DNA of 64,000 nt from the NCBI GenBank assembly GCA_963422735.1, contig OY730476.1:4384001-4448000 (forward strand), written 5' to 3'. Source of the DNA: Candidatus Latescibacterota bacterium. GTDB taxonomy: Bacteria > Latescibacterota > UBA2968 > UBA8231. The notes beneath the pieces are model-generated. The model did not search any database, was not told where the DNA came from, and saw nothing but the letters and a program-made list of their open reading frames with translations. This document shows, in pieces, positions 1 to 9,006 of the stretch. Both the position numbers and the translations under genes were made by a program. Every line of letters begins with the position of its first letter. Position 1 is the first letter of the stretch.

Positions 1-234
1 ATCCACCTCGGCTTCCACCTCCGCCATGCCGCCTCTGTCCACGTGGCCATCTACAACGTCCAAGGCCAGTTCGTGCGCTCGCTTGTGGACGCGCCGCTCC
101 ACGCTGGCACCCACCGGACGCGATGGGATGGCCGCGACGAACGCGGCCATGCAGCCGCCAGCGGCCCGTACTTCGCCCGCTTCCGCATCGGGCATGGCCC
201 TCCGCGCTACGCCAAGCTCATCCTCCTCCGCTGA
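1..234 (+). CDS. 3' end of a secreted protein with C-terminal FlgD-Ig-like sorting domain (partial, starts upstream of window)
   Basis: Frame 1 is open from base 1: IHLGFHLRHAASVHVAIYNVQGQFVRSLVD...WDGRDERGHAAASGPYFARF...KLILLR*; IYNxxGQxVRxL and WDGRDxxGxxxASGxY are FlgD_ig hallmarks. Confidence 0.85.
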   Translation: MHLGFHLRHAASVHVAIYNVQGQFVRSLVDAPLHAGTHRTRWDGRDERGHAAASGPYFARFRIGHGPPRYAKLILLR

Positions 235-235
235 G

Positions 236-272
236 AAAAAAAGCCCCATCTCCACGCAGGGAGACAGGGCTT
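236..272 (-). terminator. Rho-independent terminator of sodN (between convergent genes)
   Basis: Minus strand AAGCCCTGTCTCC-ctgcgt-GGAGATGGGGCTT, a 13-bp stem with two G-U pairs, followed by a T run. Confidence 0.8.
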
Positions 273-295
273 CCACCAGTGGGCTTGGAAATACG

Positions 296-754
296 TCAGT
301 TTTGATAGGCTTGCTTAAACTCGCGCAATAAGGTCCGCATCTTCTCCACCTGTTCCACATCCACTGTCTGCTTGCACTTCATGGCCCCCCGGAGCATCTT
401 GTGCAAAAGCACCAGCTTGCCGGTATATGCGGCCATCGCCTCGTCTCCTTGTTCTACTTCCTTGAGCCGCTGCGTCATAAAATACTGGGTGACGACGTGC
501 TGGACTCTATTGGCGTGCTCTTCCTTGTTCGCCACCCACCGCGCTAGCTGATTCGCGCTTTGGGCATCGCTTTGGCCTGCTAGCGCAGTGATCTGCTTCA
601 TGGCCTTCTCAATGGTCGTGAGATCCTCCTCAATTGCGACAAAACGCGCCTCGTCCCCATAAATACCGCAAGGGATCTCGCAGTGTGCCAGCAGCGGCGC
701 GGCTGTGGCCAAAAGACAAAAGGCGAGTAGAAGCATCAATTTTCCTTTCTTCAC
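296..754 (-). CDS. sodN: Nickel superoxide dismutase with N-terminal signal peptide
   Basis: Ni-hook HCEIPCGIY, RWVANKEEHA and YFMTQRLK motifs; GTG start at 754 after AAGGAGG RBS; basic-hydrophobic signal ending LLA|H. Confidence 0.92.
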   Translation of the reverse strand: MKKGKLMLLLAFCLLATAAPLLAHCEIPCGIYGDEARFVAIEEDLTTIEKAMKQITALAGQSDAQSANQLARWVANKEEHANRVQHVVTQYFMTQRLKEVEQGDEAMAAYTGKLVLLHKMLRGAMKCKQTVDVEQVEKMRTLLREFKQAYQN

Positions 755-796
755 AAGGGCCTCCTTGGCAAAATGGTCCGTAGAGATAGGCAAGGC

Positions 797-825
797 ATTA
801 TAGGGCCATTTTGGCAGCGGGGCAA
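797..825 (-). promoter_or_regulatory. Sigma70-type promoter of sodN
   Basis: Minus strand TTGCCC (825-820), 17-nt spacer, TATAAT (802-797), about 40 nt upstream of the start codon. Confidence 0.6.
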
Positions 826-839
826 TTTTGCGACCGGCC

Positions 840-1934
840 CTAATCGCGCCAAGTGCGCGAGTCCGCGCGGATGAGCCAGCGGTTAATCGCGCCATCCGCG
901 TCCAAATCGACGGCTTCTTCTAGCTGCGCCTCAAACTGGTGGTCGGTCACTTGAATGACCGGCGGCCAGCGGAAGTGCTGCAAGACCCGCGCAGCCATGC
1001 CGAGCGAGTCCAGGCTGGACGCATAGTGGCCGCGCTCGCGGCGAAAGCTCTGCTGGCGATAGTAGATCCCGCGCAAGATGTGCTTGGCCTCCTCGGCGGC
1101 TGCCGGGCGAAAGGGCACCTTTTGCCGTCCGACGACCTCGGTGGCAAATTGCACGAACCCCCACTTTTCCGGGTAGTGCATATTAACCAATCCTTGCGGT
1201 GACCAGACCCAGTTGTCCGGGCTGCGGCCCTCTATTTTGACGTACTTGCCCACATCATTGGCTAAGGCCCATTGCACCCGCGAAAAGTTGATTCGCCATT
1301 GATCGCCATCCACGGGCGGCACCTTCTTGTGCGTGGCCTCGGCCAGCACGGCCCACGGAAAGGCCATCTCCACCGACCAACCCTGGTCCTCGTCACTGGG
1401 ATCGTTGATGCTGCCCCACACGCGCACGGCTGTTTTCAGGCCAGCGATGTCCCAAGCGCTTATGAAGGGACCGCCGTCTCGGTATGGCTTGACCATCAAC
1501 AAATCCCACTCCGTACCGAGGGCATTGATCTCAAACTCGTAGTACTGATGCGTATCGCCGTCTGGGTCGATAAAGACCTCGAAGTCGTTTTCTTGGTAGA
1601 TCGTCGCGTCGCGCCTAGCGATTGTGGCCCACACGTGCGGCTCCTCCAAATCGGTGGCTATATATAAATACTCGTCGTCCCACAGCATTTTCGCCCGCGT
1701 TTGCAGATGCGGTGCTGGCCTGCGATCACCCTCGATATCGACGAACGGCGCGGTCCAATCCGCCCGCTGCCAAGACGGCTCGTCGAGGTTGCCGTCGATT
1801 TCTATAGGGCCGACCGTGCGATGCGCCACATAGGTCCGCGGCTCAATGCTCTCTACGTAGTCGATGTCAAAGCGCGGTTGCCCCTCGGCGACAGAGGCCA
1901 GCAAGGTCGCGCCCAACAAGGCCCAGTGCAACAT
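840..1934 (-). CDS. Secreted carbohydrate-binding family 9-like (CBM9/DOMON) protein
   Basis: Signal peptide; IEIDGNLDEPSW, KMLWDDEYLYI, NDFEVFIDPDGD, WRINFSRV and NWVWSPQG motifs; AAAGGAGG RBS. Confidence 0.85.
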   Translation of the reverse strand: MLHWALLGATLLASVAEGQPRFDIDYVESIEPRTYVAHRTVGPIEIDGNLDEPSWQRADWTAPFVDIEGDRRPAPHLQTRAKMLWDDEYLYIATDLEEPHVWATIARRDATIYQENDFEVFIDPDGDTHQYYEFEINALGTEWDLLMVKPYRDGGPFISAWDIAGLKTAVRVWGSINDPSDEDQGWSVEMAFPWAVLAEATHKKVPPVDGDQWRINFSRVQWALANDVGKYVKIEGRSPDNWVWSPQGLVNMHYPEKWGFVQFATEVVGRQKVPFRPAAAEEAKHILRGIYYRQQSFRRERGHYASSLDSLGMAARVLQHFRWPPVIQVTDHQFEAQLEEAVDLDADGAINRWLIRADSRTWRD

Positions 1935-2036
1935 GGCACCTCCTTTGTTCGCTTGTTTTCCAAGTCTAACGCTATTGCATCAATATATCACTTTGCGCTA
2001 CTTTTTGACTGTGCATCGCCAACAGGGACTCACGCT

Positions 2037-2360
2037 ATGACCGATAAAATGGCCCTCTACAAGAGCGGCATGAACAAATTCGCCCAGCAGGACTTCGCCG
2101 GGGCCTTGGACGACCTAGCCCAAGCCATCGGGCTCGACCCGCAATTTGCCGACGCCTACCAAGCTGTGGCGCATTGCCACGAGAAGTTGGGCGACCTCGA
2201 CCAAGCGCTCAGCGCGGCGCAACAGGCCGCCGAGCACGGCCCCGACGACTTCCTCGTCCACACCAGCCTCTCTATGTTCTACCAGCGCAAAGGCATGATC
2301 GCCGAGGCCGAAAGAGAAAAGGCCATCGCCGCCCGCCTGCAAGCCGAAAACCCCTTGTAA
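2037..2360 (+). CDS. Small tetratricopeptide-repeat protein
   Basis: MTDKMALYKSG...AIGLDPQFADAYQAVAHCHEKLGDLDQAL shows TPR periodicity; start refined to ATG 2037. Confidence 0.8.
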   Translation: MTDKMALYKSGMNKFAQQDFAGALDDLAQAIGLDPQFADAYQAVAHCHEKLGDLDQALSAAQQAAEHGPDDFLVHTSLSMFYQRKGMIAEAEREKAIAARLQAENPL

Positions 2361-2375
2361 CCCATACATCCCAAC

Positions 2376-3413
2376 ATGCAACTCGGCCCTCACCAACTCA
2401 ACCCCTTCAAGGAGAACATGCCCATCCTCACCCTAGCCCCGATGGCCGGGGTGAGCAACTGGGTCTTTCGCCTTATATGCGCGCGCCTCGGGGCGCGGCT
2501 GGTCGGGGTTGAATTTATCAACTGCCGCACCATCGGCATCCGCTCGCGCAAGAGCTTGCAGATGCTCGACTTTTCCGACGCGCCCATCTATGCCGACACG
2601 GGCATCTCGCTTCTGGCCGCGCAAATCTACGGCAACGACATCGACCTGATCGCCAATGGGGCGCGGGAATTCGAGCGGCGCGGCGCACAGGTGGTGGATA
2701 TCAACTTTGGATGTTCCGTACCCAAAATCGTCGCCAAAGGCTGCGGCGCGGCCTATTTGCGCGATCTCGACCGGCTCTATCAAGCCGTTGAGCGCACCGT
2801 CAAAGCCGTCTCGGTTCCGGTGATCGTCAAGACGCGCCTAGGCTGGGACGAAGGGCAGATCAATATCCTCGAAGTGGTGCGCCGCTGCGAGGACGCCGGT
2901 GCCCAAGCCGTGGCCATCCACGCCCGCACCGTCGTGCAAAAATACAAAGGCCAGGCCAACTGGCACTGGATCGGCCGCGCCGTCGAAGCCTTCTCGCTAC
3001 CCATCATCGGCAACGGCGATGTACTCACCCTCGACGACGCCCGCCTCATGCAGCGAAAAACAGGCTGTGCCGCGGTCATGGTCGGGCGGGCGGCCCTGGC
3101 CAATCCCTGGCTCTTTTCCGGCCGCAGCGGCGCAGCCCTCTCAGAGCGCATCAACCTGGCGCTGGAGCAGCTACGCCTGATGGCCGCGTACAAAGGCGAG
3201 CGCGCAGGCATCCGCGAGACGCGCAAGCACCTTGCCCTCTACTTCAAGAGCTTACCCCGCGCCTCCGCGCTGCGCCGCCGTCTGCTGACAACCCCTTCCT
3301 TGGCCGAGTTGGCCGATCTGCTAGCCGAGTGGAAAGAACCAGCCGCTGCAGAAGCCGACCTCACCCTGTCGGCGGCGGAAGCCGAAGCCCTCGCGTGGGG
3401 CGGGAACGGATGA
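2376..3413 (+). CDS. dusB: tRNA-dihydrouridine synthase (DusB-like)
   Basis: LAPMAG, DINFGC, VKTRLGWD, IHAR, IIGNGD and VMVGR..NPW motifs. Confidence 0.88.
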   Translation: MQLGPHQLNPFKENMPILTLAPMAGVSNWVFRLICARLGARLVGVEFINCRTIGIRSRKSLQMLDFSDAPIYADTGISLLAAQIYGNDIDLIANGAREFERRGAQVVDINFGCSVPKIVAKGCGAAYLRDLDRLYQAVERTVKAVSVPVIVKTRLGWDEGQINILEVVRRCEDAGAQAVAIHARTVVQKYKGQANWHWIGRAVEAFSLPIIGNGDVLTLDDARLMQRKTGCAAVMVGRAALANPWLFSGRSGAALSERINLALEQLRLMAAYKGERAGIRETRKHLALYFKSLPRASALRRRLLTTPSLAELADLLAEWKEPAAAEADLTLSAAEAEALAWGGNG

Positions 3414-3625
3414 TAGACCGGTTATCCCCCATCCTGAAGCCCGGCGTGAAGTCTTTGGTCACTCATTAAAGGGACGGTGCCCGCTCATGGGACCAATCCT
3501 CCCTTCAGCGGGAAGTTGATATCATAGCGTGGCCATGGTATCATGGAAGGACCATTAGTTTGAAATCCCGCCCAAAATGGCCAAAATCAGGCACGGGAAT
3601 TTAGCTCTGAGGCATCTAAGTAAAA

Positions 3626-4846
3626 ATGAAAATCAAGTCCATTGACCTAGTCCGCGTCGAACGCCCCGACGGCCCTTCGTTCAGCGCCCGTTCCCAAGCC
3701 GGCTCGACGCTCTCCGCCTCGACGGCCCCTGCCCAGCAGAGCCAACCCCGCCGCAAGGCTTGGCCCACCGAAATTGAAGTAGCCAACCCGATGTCGCGCT
3801 TCCCGCGCTTCAAGCCCCGTCGCCAACTCTACGCCGCCCGGCAATGGCCCGGCTTCGCAGTCAAAGTTACGGCCGAGGACGGCACTTGGGGTTTGGGCAC
3901 GGCGGCGGGTCGGCCGGCCGCCGCGGTCGTCGAAGACGCCTTCGCCCATATCCTCACAGGTGAGGACTGCCTAGCTATTGATAAGCTATGGGATATGATG
4001 TTCCGCGTTTCTAAACCCTTCGGCACCGTTGGCATCGCCACCGTCGCCATCAGTGCCGTGGACTTGGCGCTGTGGGACTTGGCTGGCAAGCTGCAACAAA
4101 AGCCCGTGTACCAGCTCATCGGCGGCCCGGCTCGGGAGCGGATCTTCACCTACGCCACCGGCGACGATGTCGATTGGTATCGCGAACTGGGCTTCCGAGC
4201 CTTCAAACTCCCTTGCCAATACGGCCCCGCCGACGGCTTGTGGGGCTTGGACCAAAACGAGCAGCGGGTTGCCGAAGTCCGCGCATTAATCGGCGACGAC
4301 TGCGAGCTCATGCTCGACTGCTACATGGCCTTTGACGTCGAATACAGCGTCCGCCTAGCCGAGCGCCTCAGACCTTACAAGTTGCGCTGGCTGGAGGAGT
4401 GTTTGATTCCCGAAGACGTCAAAAGTCATATCAAACTCAAAGAGTGCCTGCCTTGGCAAACGCTGGCCAGCGGCGAACACTTCTACACCCACTACCCCTA
4501 CCAGCAGATGATCGAGCATCGCGCCCTCGACGTGCTACAGCCCGATATCCATTGGGTCGGGGGACTGACCGCCTGTATCAAGATCTGCCATATGGCCGAG
4601 GCCGCTGGGCTTGAAGTCTGCCTCCACGGCGGGGGTCGCGACCCCTATGGTCAGCACTTGACTTGGGCGATGCCCAATACGCCCTGGGGCGAATACTACA
4701 TCGGCTCGGATCCAGGAATCCCGCTGGAGGAAGTAGCCGAGCCGGGAGCGCTGGTGCCCCAAGACAGCTATCTGGAATTTGTACCACGGGGACCGGGTTT
4801 CGACCTCGGGATCGAGGAGGATTGGCTGGTGTCATTCGGGTCATAA
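3626..4846 (+). CDS. Enolase-superfamily acid-sugar dehydratase (L-rhamnonate dehydratase-like)
   Basis: EVANPMSRFP, AISAVDLALWDL, GPADG, LMLDCYM, WLEE, SGEH and QPD motifs. Confidence 0.85.
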   Translation: MKIKSIDLVRVERPDGPSFSARSQAGSTLSASTAPAQQSQPRRKAWPTEIEVANPMSRFPRFKPRRQLYAARQWPGFAVKVTAEDGTWGLGTAAGRPAAAVVEDAFAHILTGEDCLAIDKLWDMMFRVSKPFGTVGIATVAISAVDLALWDLAGKLQQKPVYQLIGGPARERIFTYATGDDVDWYRELGFRAFKLPCQYGPADGLWGLDQNEQRVAEVRALIGDDCELMLDCYMAFDVEYSVRLAERLRPYKLRWLEECLIPEDVKSHIKLKECLPWQTLASGEHFYTHYPYQQMIEHRALDVLQPDIHWVGGLTACIKICHMAEAAGLEVCLHGGGRDPYGQHLTWAMPNTPWGEYYIGSDPGIPLEEVAEPGALVPQDSYLEFVPRGPGFDLGIEEDWLVSFGS

Positions 4847-4917
4847 GGCCGCTTGTCCAGACGACCGATTTTGCGTATTTAGCTTCTATTGATGTCTGTC
4901 TTCCGAGAGTCCTGCCC

Positions 4918-5579
4918 ATGCTCCGCATCTTCGCCACCCTCTCCCCGCTTCTTCTGCCCGGTATTCTGTCGGCGCAAATAAGCACTTGGCAGTTCGGCGG
5001 CAGCGGCGGCCTTGCATGGTCGGCGAGCGATTCGGTCCGCATCTTCATCGACTTCGATTCCGTCCCCGGGGCCATCCAGCCCATCTACCGGACCTCTACC
5101 CAAACCGTCTTTTCGCACCTCGACAACGGGTCTCTCTATGGGCCGTGTTCTTCGTCGATGAACTCTTCCTCTACGTGATCTAAGAATTCGAAGGCACTTC
5201 GGGCAATCACCGCGGCTCGGCCGGCCCGGGGCACAACATCCTAGTCTCAGACGGCTCGCTGAGCGCGGGCACCGGCTGGGTGGTGCCCACGCTCAGCATA
5301 CGCTACAAACTCAGGCCGCGCAGAATGCGTTATATGTTCTGGCACGGCCTGACCGATCGCGATTGGCTCGAATCCAAATGGGGCGAGTTTATGCTGTCCT
5401 CGCCGGGCGCAAGTAGCCGTCCCGCCCCGGTCACCGAGGGGTTGCACCGCCTCTTCACTCGGAACGGCCGCGACGTCAACGGAGCGAGCGTAGCCCTTGG
5501 CCTGTACGTCCTGCTCGTCGATCTCGGTGCCGACTCCGGCGACGATACGATGCTGCGCCCTATCGCTGTCGCCTATTAG
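4918..5579 (+). pseudogene. Heavily deleted remnant of a large secreted FlgD-type protein
   Basis: Signal-peptide N-terminus MLRIFATLSPLLLPGILSAQISTWQFGG and a C-terminal piece GLYVLLVDLGADSGDD..RPIAVAY* resembling the tail of 38108..40501; fragments lie in different frames. Confidence 0.6.
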
Positions 5580-5680
5580 GAGATCATCGCTACCACACAG
5601 CGGGCAAAAGGCTTGTTCCGGCCAGCGGATTTGCTCCAAATGGTCGAGGCAAGATCGTTGAAATGGTGATTAGATTCGTG
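5580..5680 (-). mobile_element. IS1595-family transposase N-terminal remnant
   Basis: Minus strand reads (ACG)NLITI..QRSCLDHLEQIRWPEQAFCPLCGSDD, the RW-x5-CPxCG zinc ribbon typical of IS1595 transposases; start codon mutated, rest of gene absent. Confidence 0.65.
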
Positions 5681-5756
5681 GCTAATTCCCCTTTTGTTAT
5701 GCTATAGATATAGGCAAACAATAGGAATAAGTTAAGCCTAAAAATACTAATTGCGC

Positions 5757-6887
5757 TTAAAATTCCACATACGGTTCAGACTCAATCGGCGTAAACGACT
5801 TCGGCGGATGTTGCTCCATAACATCCTCTCGCAACTCTACGCCCCAACCCGGTCCTGCGGGTGGCACACAATGTCCATCGAGCACTTCAATAGGTTGCGT
5901 AAGTACCTCGTTGTACAGATCAATAGACGACACAAAAATCTCTTGCAGCAAACTGTTGTGAACACACAGATCCAAATGCAAGCTGGCGATTGTTGAAATC
6001 GGCCCATTGGAATTGTGTGGGGCGATTGTTACGTAATACGTTTCAGCCATTGCAGCAATTTTCTTTAACTCAGTGATGCCGCCCGCATGACAAATATCCG
6101 GCTGAATAAGCCCGACTGCGTTCAGCTCCAACAGTGTACGAAAATCCCATCGAGTGTATAGCTGTTCACCCGTTGCAATTGGCACATTCACCTCATGGGC
6201 AAATTGCGCCAGCGCTTCTGGATTATCCCACAAAATAGGCTCTTCCATCCACGCAATGTTATAGGGCTCCAATTCCTGCGCTACCCGTCTTGCGCTCCAT
6301 ATATTTAACCGCGCTCGAATGTCAATCCCAATCTCGATTTGCGACCCCGCCACTTCGCGGGCCGCTTCCACAAGGGCAACGCCGTGCTGAATCCGATCGA
6401 TCTTTGCCACTTGCGCGCCGCTAAATGGGTAAAACTTCAACGCCTCATAGCCCTGATCCACCACTCGTTTTACGCCCTCGGAAATCCCTTCAGGTGTGTT
6501 GTCCTTTCTCGGCCACCCATTGGCGTACATGCGAATTTTATCGTGCGATCTTCCACCCAATAATTCATATACGGGGACGCTCAATGCTTTGCCTTTGATG
6601 TCCCACAATGCTAGGTCAATAGCACTAATCGCACTCGTTGTCACCGGCCCTCCTGACCACGTCACCCGCCGATACAACGAAGTCCAAATCCGCTCAATCT
6701 CAAACGGGTTTTTGCCTAGCAGAAAACGCTTGAACGCCGCAAACTCGCCCATCAATCCGTCATCCTTAAACTGCAAACTCGCTTCGCCCCACCCGTAAAT
6801 ACCGGCGTCTGTTTCAATTTTCACAAACGTCCAATTGTTCCCACCATTCGATCCCATCCGCATTACCTGCAAGTCAGTAATCTTCAT
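5757..6887 (-). CDS. Enolase-superfamily dehydratase (galactonate dehydratase-like)
   Basis: MKITD..FVKIETDAGIYGWGE, SAIDLALWDIKGK, WMEEP, TGE, QPDICHAGG and APHN motifs; visibly more AT-rich than neighbours. Confidence 0.88.
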   Translation of the reverse strand: MKITDLQVMRMGSNGGNNWTFVKIETDAGIYGWGEASLQFKDDGLMGEFAAFKRFLLGKNPFEIERIWTSLYRRVTWSGGPVTTSAISAIDLALWDIKGKALSVPVYELLGGRSHDKIRMYANGWPRKDNTPEGISEGVKRVVDQGYEALKFYPFSGAQVAKIDRIQHGVALVEAAREVAGSQIEIGIDIRARLNIWSARRVAQELEPYNIAWMEEPILWDNPEALAQFAHEVNVPIATGEQLYTRWDFRTLLELNAVGLIQPDICHAGGITELKKIAAMAETYYVTIAPHNSNGPISTIASLHLDLCVHNSLLQEIFVSSIDLYNEVLTQPIEVLDGHCVPPAGPGWGVELREDVMEQHPPKSFTPIESEPYVEF

Positions 6888-6909
6888 TTTTGTTCTCCGT
6901 CGTATTTAG

Positions 6910-7848
6910 TTAGTAGCCTTCATATCCCCATGACGTGGGTGAAAACCGCAGCCCAGCCATTGCCCCCGGTACGCACTTTGCTCGCTTTTGAGCGGACGCT
7001 TGCGCGCAGCCACAGAATTGGCTCGACCGGGGCGGGGGTCCAAACGGCACATGCGGTGGCCCAGAATAACGCCCGTGTCCGGCACGGTGAGGCAGGCACC
7101 GAAGGCCCCGCCTTGGGTGATTGCCCTCGGCGTCCGCAGCCGATACGTGCAAGGTTTCGGCGACGGCCAGAGGAGAGGCTTCCCACACTTGCTGATTGAC
7201 CTGCTCGGGGAATTGCCCCAGGGCTTCGGCGCGACTGGAGCAAGTGCTCCACCGGCACATCGCCGACGTAGCGCAGGCGGTCGCGCCAGGCTTGTTTGAC
7301 GACTTCGGCTAGCTGGTGCCAATACAGGGCTTGGTCGTCGGGCACCACGGGAAAGCATTCTAGCATGTGCAAAATCTGTAGGGCGGAGAGGCAGCCGTTG
7401 GGCAAAATTGGCCCGTACATCGGCACGTCTCGATAGGTGATTTGGTATGGCTCGGTGAGGCGTGGCTCAAAGTCGGCCATATCCCGGCGGGTGAGGGCAC
7501 CTCCGTTGGCTTGGACATAATCGCCGATGGTACGGCCCAATTCCCCGCAGTAAAAATCGCGTACGCTGCAAGCGTATTCCTTTTCGTTGATGTCCTTGTT
7601 GTCGCGGCGGGCCGGTAGAATATCGTACATGTACTCGTGGGCAGTGGCTGGGGCTACGGCATTGGCGTCGAGCGACCAGACGCGGTCGGTGGGACGACGG
7701 CAGCCGACATATAGCCGCCGATGCCGTTGGATTGGGGCACCAACATGCAGCAGGCCAAACTGGGAGCCGCGGCCGCATCCATGGCGTTGCCGCCTTGGGC
7801 CAGTATCTGTGCGCCGCCTCCGGCTAGTACTTGGTGTCCTTCGATCAT
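6910..7848 (-). pseudogene. Gamma-glutamyltransferase pseudogene
   Basis: GGNAMDAA, SNGIGG, DFYCGELG..GGALTRRDMADF, AWRDR and ETLHVSAADAEGN fragments in several frames; much shorter than the intact paralogue at 19723. Confidence 0.8.
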
Positions 7849-7884
7849 CTGGGTCTCCTCACAACAGGAAATTCCGGCGCACCA

Positions 7885-8925
7885 CTACGCGGTTCCGAAC
7901 CGCACCCCCGTCGGGATAATCCCCACGTCCTCCCCGCGCCGCATAGCCTCAGCCGCATCGAGTATGCTCGCCAAGTCGTGCTGGGGTACAAACCCCAACT
8001 TTTCCTTGATGTTCGTCAAATCCAACTCGAAGTAGTTCCAATCCGGTCGCCGCGCCTCGACGAACCCCAGCCCTAAGCGCTCGGCGAGATAGGGCACGGC
8101 CTCACCCCAATCGAACAGCGCGGCCCCGCCCAAGTTGAATACCTCGCCTATGGCCTCGTCCCGCTCCAGTGCCAGCACCAGCCCTTGGACGATGTCGCGC
8201 ACGTCGGCAAACTGCTGCCGAAAGGGCCGCCCGTCTGGGTTCCGCGCCAGCAAGAACTGCTCCTCGCCCGTCCACAGCGCCTTGATCTCCTCGGCAAAGG
8301 CCCCTTCTTGGTCCTTGAACCGCTCGTAAACCGGCCCGAACAAAAACAAATGCGGCAAGCCATTTTCATCGAGGAATTCCCCCGGCTCAATAATTGTGGC
8401 AAAGCGCGTGGTCACCGACGGCATCCCGTATTGGAGGTGATAGCTCATCACCAGTTCCTCGCCGATCCACTTGGTCAGGAAGTAGGGCATCATCTGGTAG
8501 CGAGCGACTTGGTCTTCGCGGATCGGCTCTTCAAAGCAGCGGCCGTTGTAGGGGTTGCTCCAATAAATCGCCTCGGTGGAAGCATAGACCAAGCGGTGCA
8601 GATCGGGCGTTAGTTCTCGGATCGACTCTAGCACGTTGATGGTGCCCATGCCGTTGATTTCGAGGTATTCGCGGTTGTCGAAGGGGCCGGCAAAGGCCGC
8701 GGCAATGTGGTACACCGCATCGACTCCCTCGACGGCGCGGCGCACATCGGCGAAGTGGCGCAAATCGCCTTCGATGGTCTCGACGCGGTCAAAGCCGTCG
8801 AGTTTGTGGGCGCGACTTGGGTCGCCCGGATAGACGAATGAGCGGATCTCGTGTCCTTTGTCGAGCAGGGCTTTCGCCAGATTAGCTCCGACGCGGCCCG
8901 TGCCACCGGTAATTAGGACTTTCAC
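7885..8925 (-). CDS. NAD-dependent epimerase/dehydratase
   Basis: VKVLITGGTGRVG Rossmann motif and YxxxK (YFLTK); GTG start after AAAGGGGG RBS. Confidence 0.85.
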   Translation of the reverse strand: MKVLITGGTGRVGANLAKALLDKGHEIRSFVYPGDPSRAHKLDGFDRVETIEGDLRHFADVRRAVEGVDAVYHIAAAFAGPFDNREYLEINGMGTINVLESIRELTPDLHRLVYASTEAIYWSNPYNGRCFEEPIREDQVARYQMMPYFLTKWIGEELVMSYHLQYGMPSVTTRFATIIEPGEFLDENGLPHLFLFGPVYERFKDQEGAFAEEIKALWTGEEQFLLARNPDGRPFRQQFADVRDIVQGLVLALERDEAIGEVFNLGGAALFDWGEAVPYLAERLGLGFVEARRPDWNYFELDLTNIKEKLGFVPQHDLASILDAAEAMRRGEDVGIIPTGVRFGTA

Positions 8926-8974
8926 GTTGCCCCCTTTGTCGTTAAGGGCGCAGGCAGGACGCCGCACCCGGATT

Positions 8975-9000
8975 GTAGGGGCAACCCTCGTGGTTGCCCT
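8975..9000 (+). repeat. GTAG-type REP hairpin, copy 1
   Basis: GTAGGGGCAACCCTCGTGGTTGCCCT: GTAG tetranucleotide plus GGGCAACC/GGTTGCCC stem. Confidence 0.75.
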
Positions 9001-9006
9001 GGGCTT

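Noticed and set aside
755-895. Extended N-termini from the ORF track (sodN from 895; also 1701 for TPR, 17970, 21340 and 62120)
   Set aside because: Downstream starts fit better on RBS and/or signal-peptide position, and several of the extensions overlap neighbouring genes or promoters.
3414-3625. Possible riboswitch or repeat between dusB and the dehydratase
   Set aside because: Only short imperfect stems and a CCAAAATGGCC resemblance to the sodN inverted-repeat arm; no family consensus recognisable.
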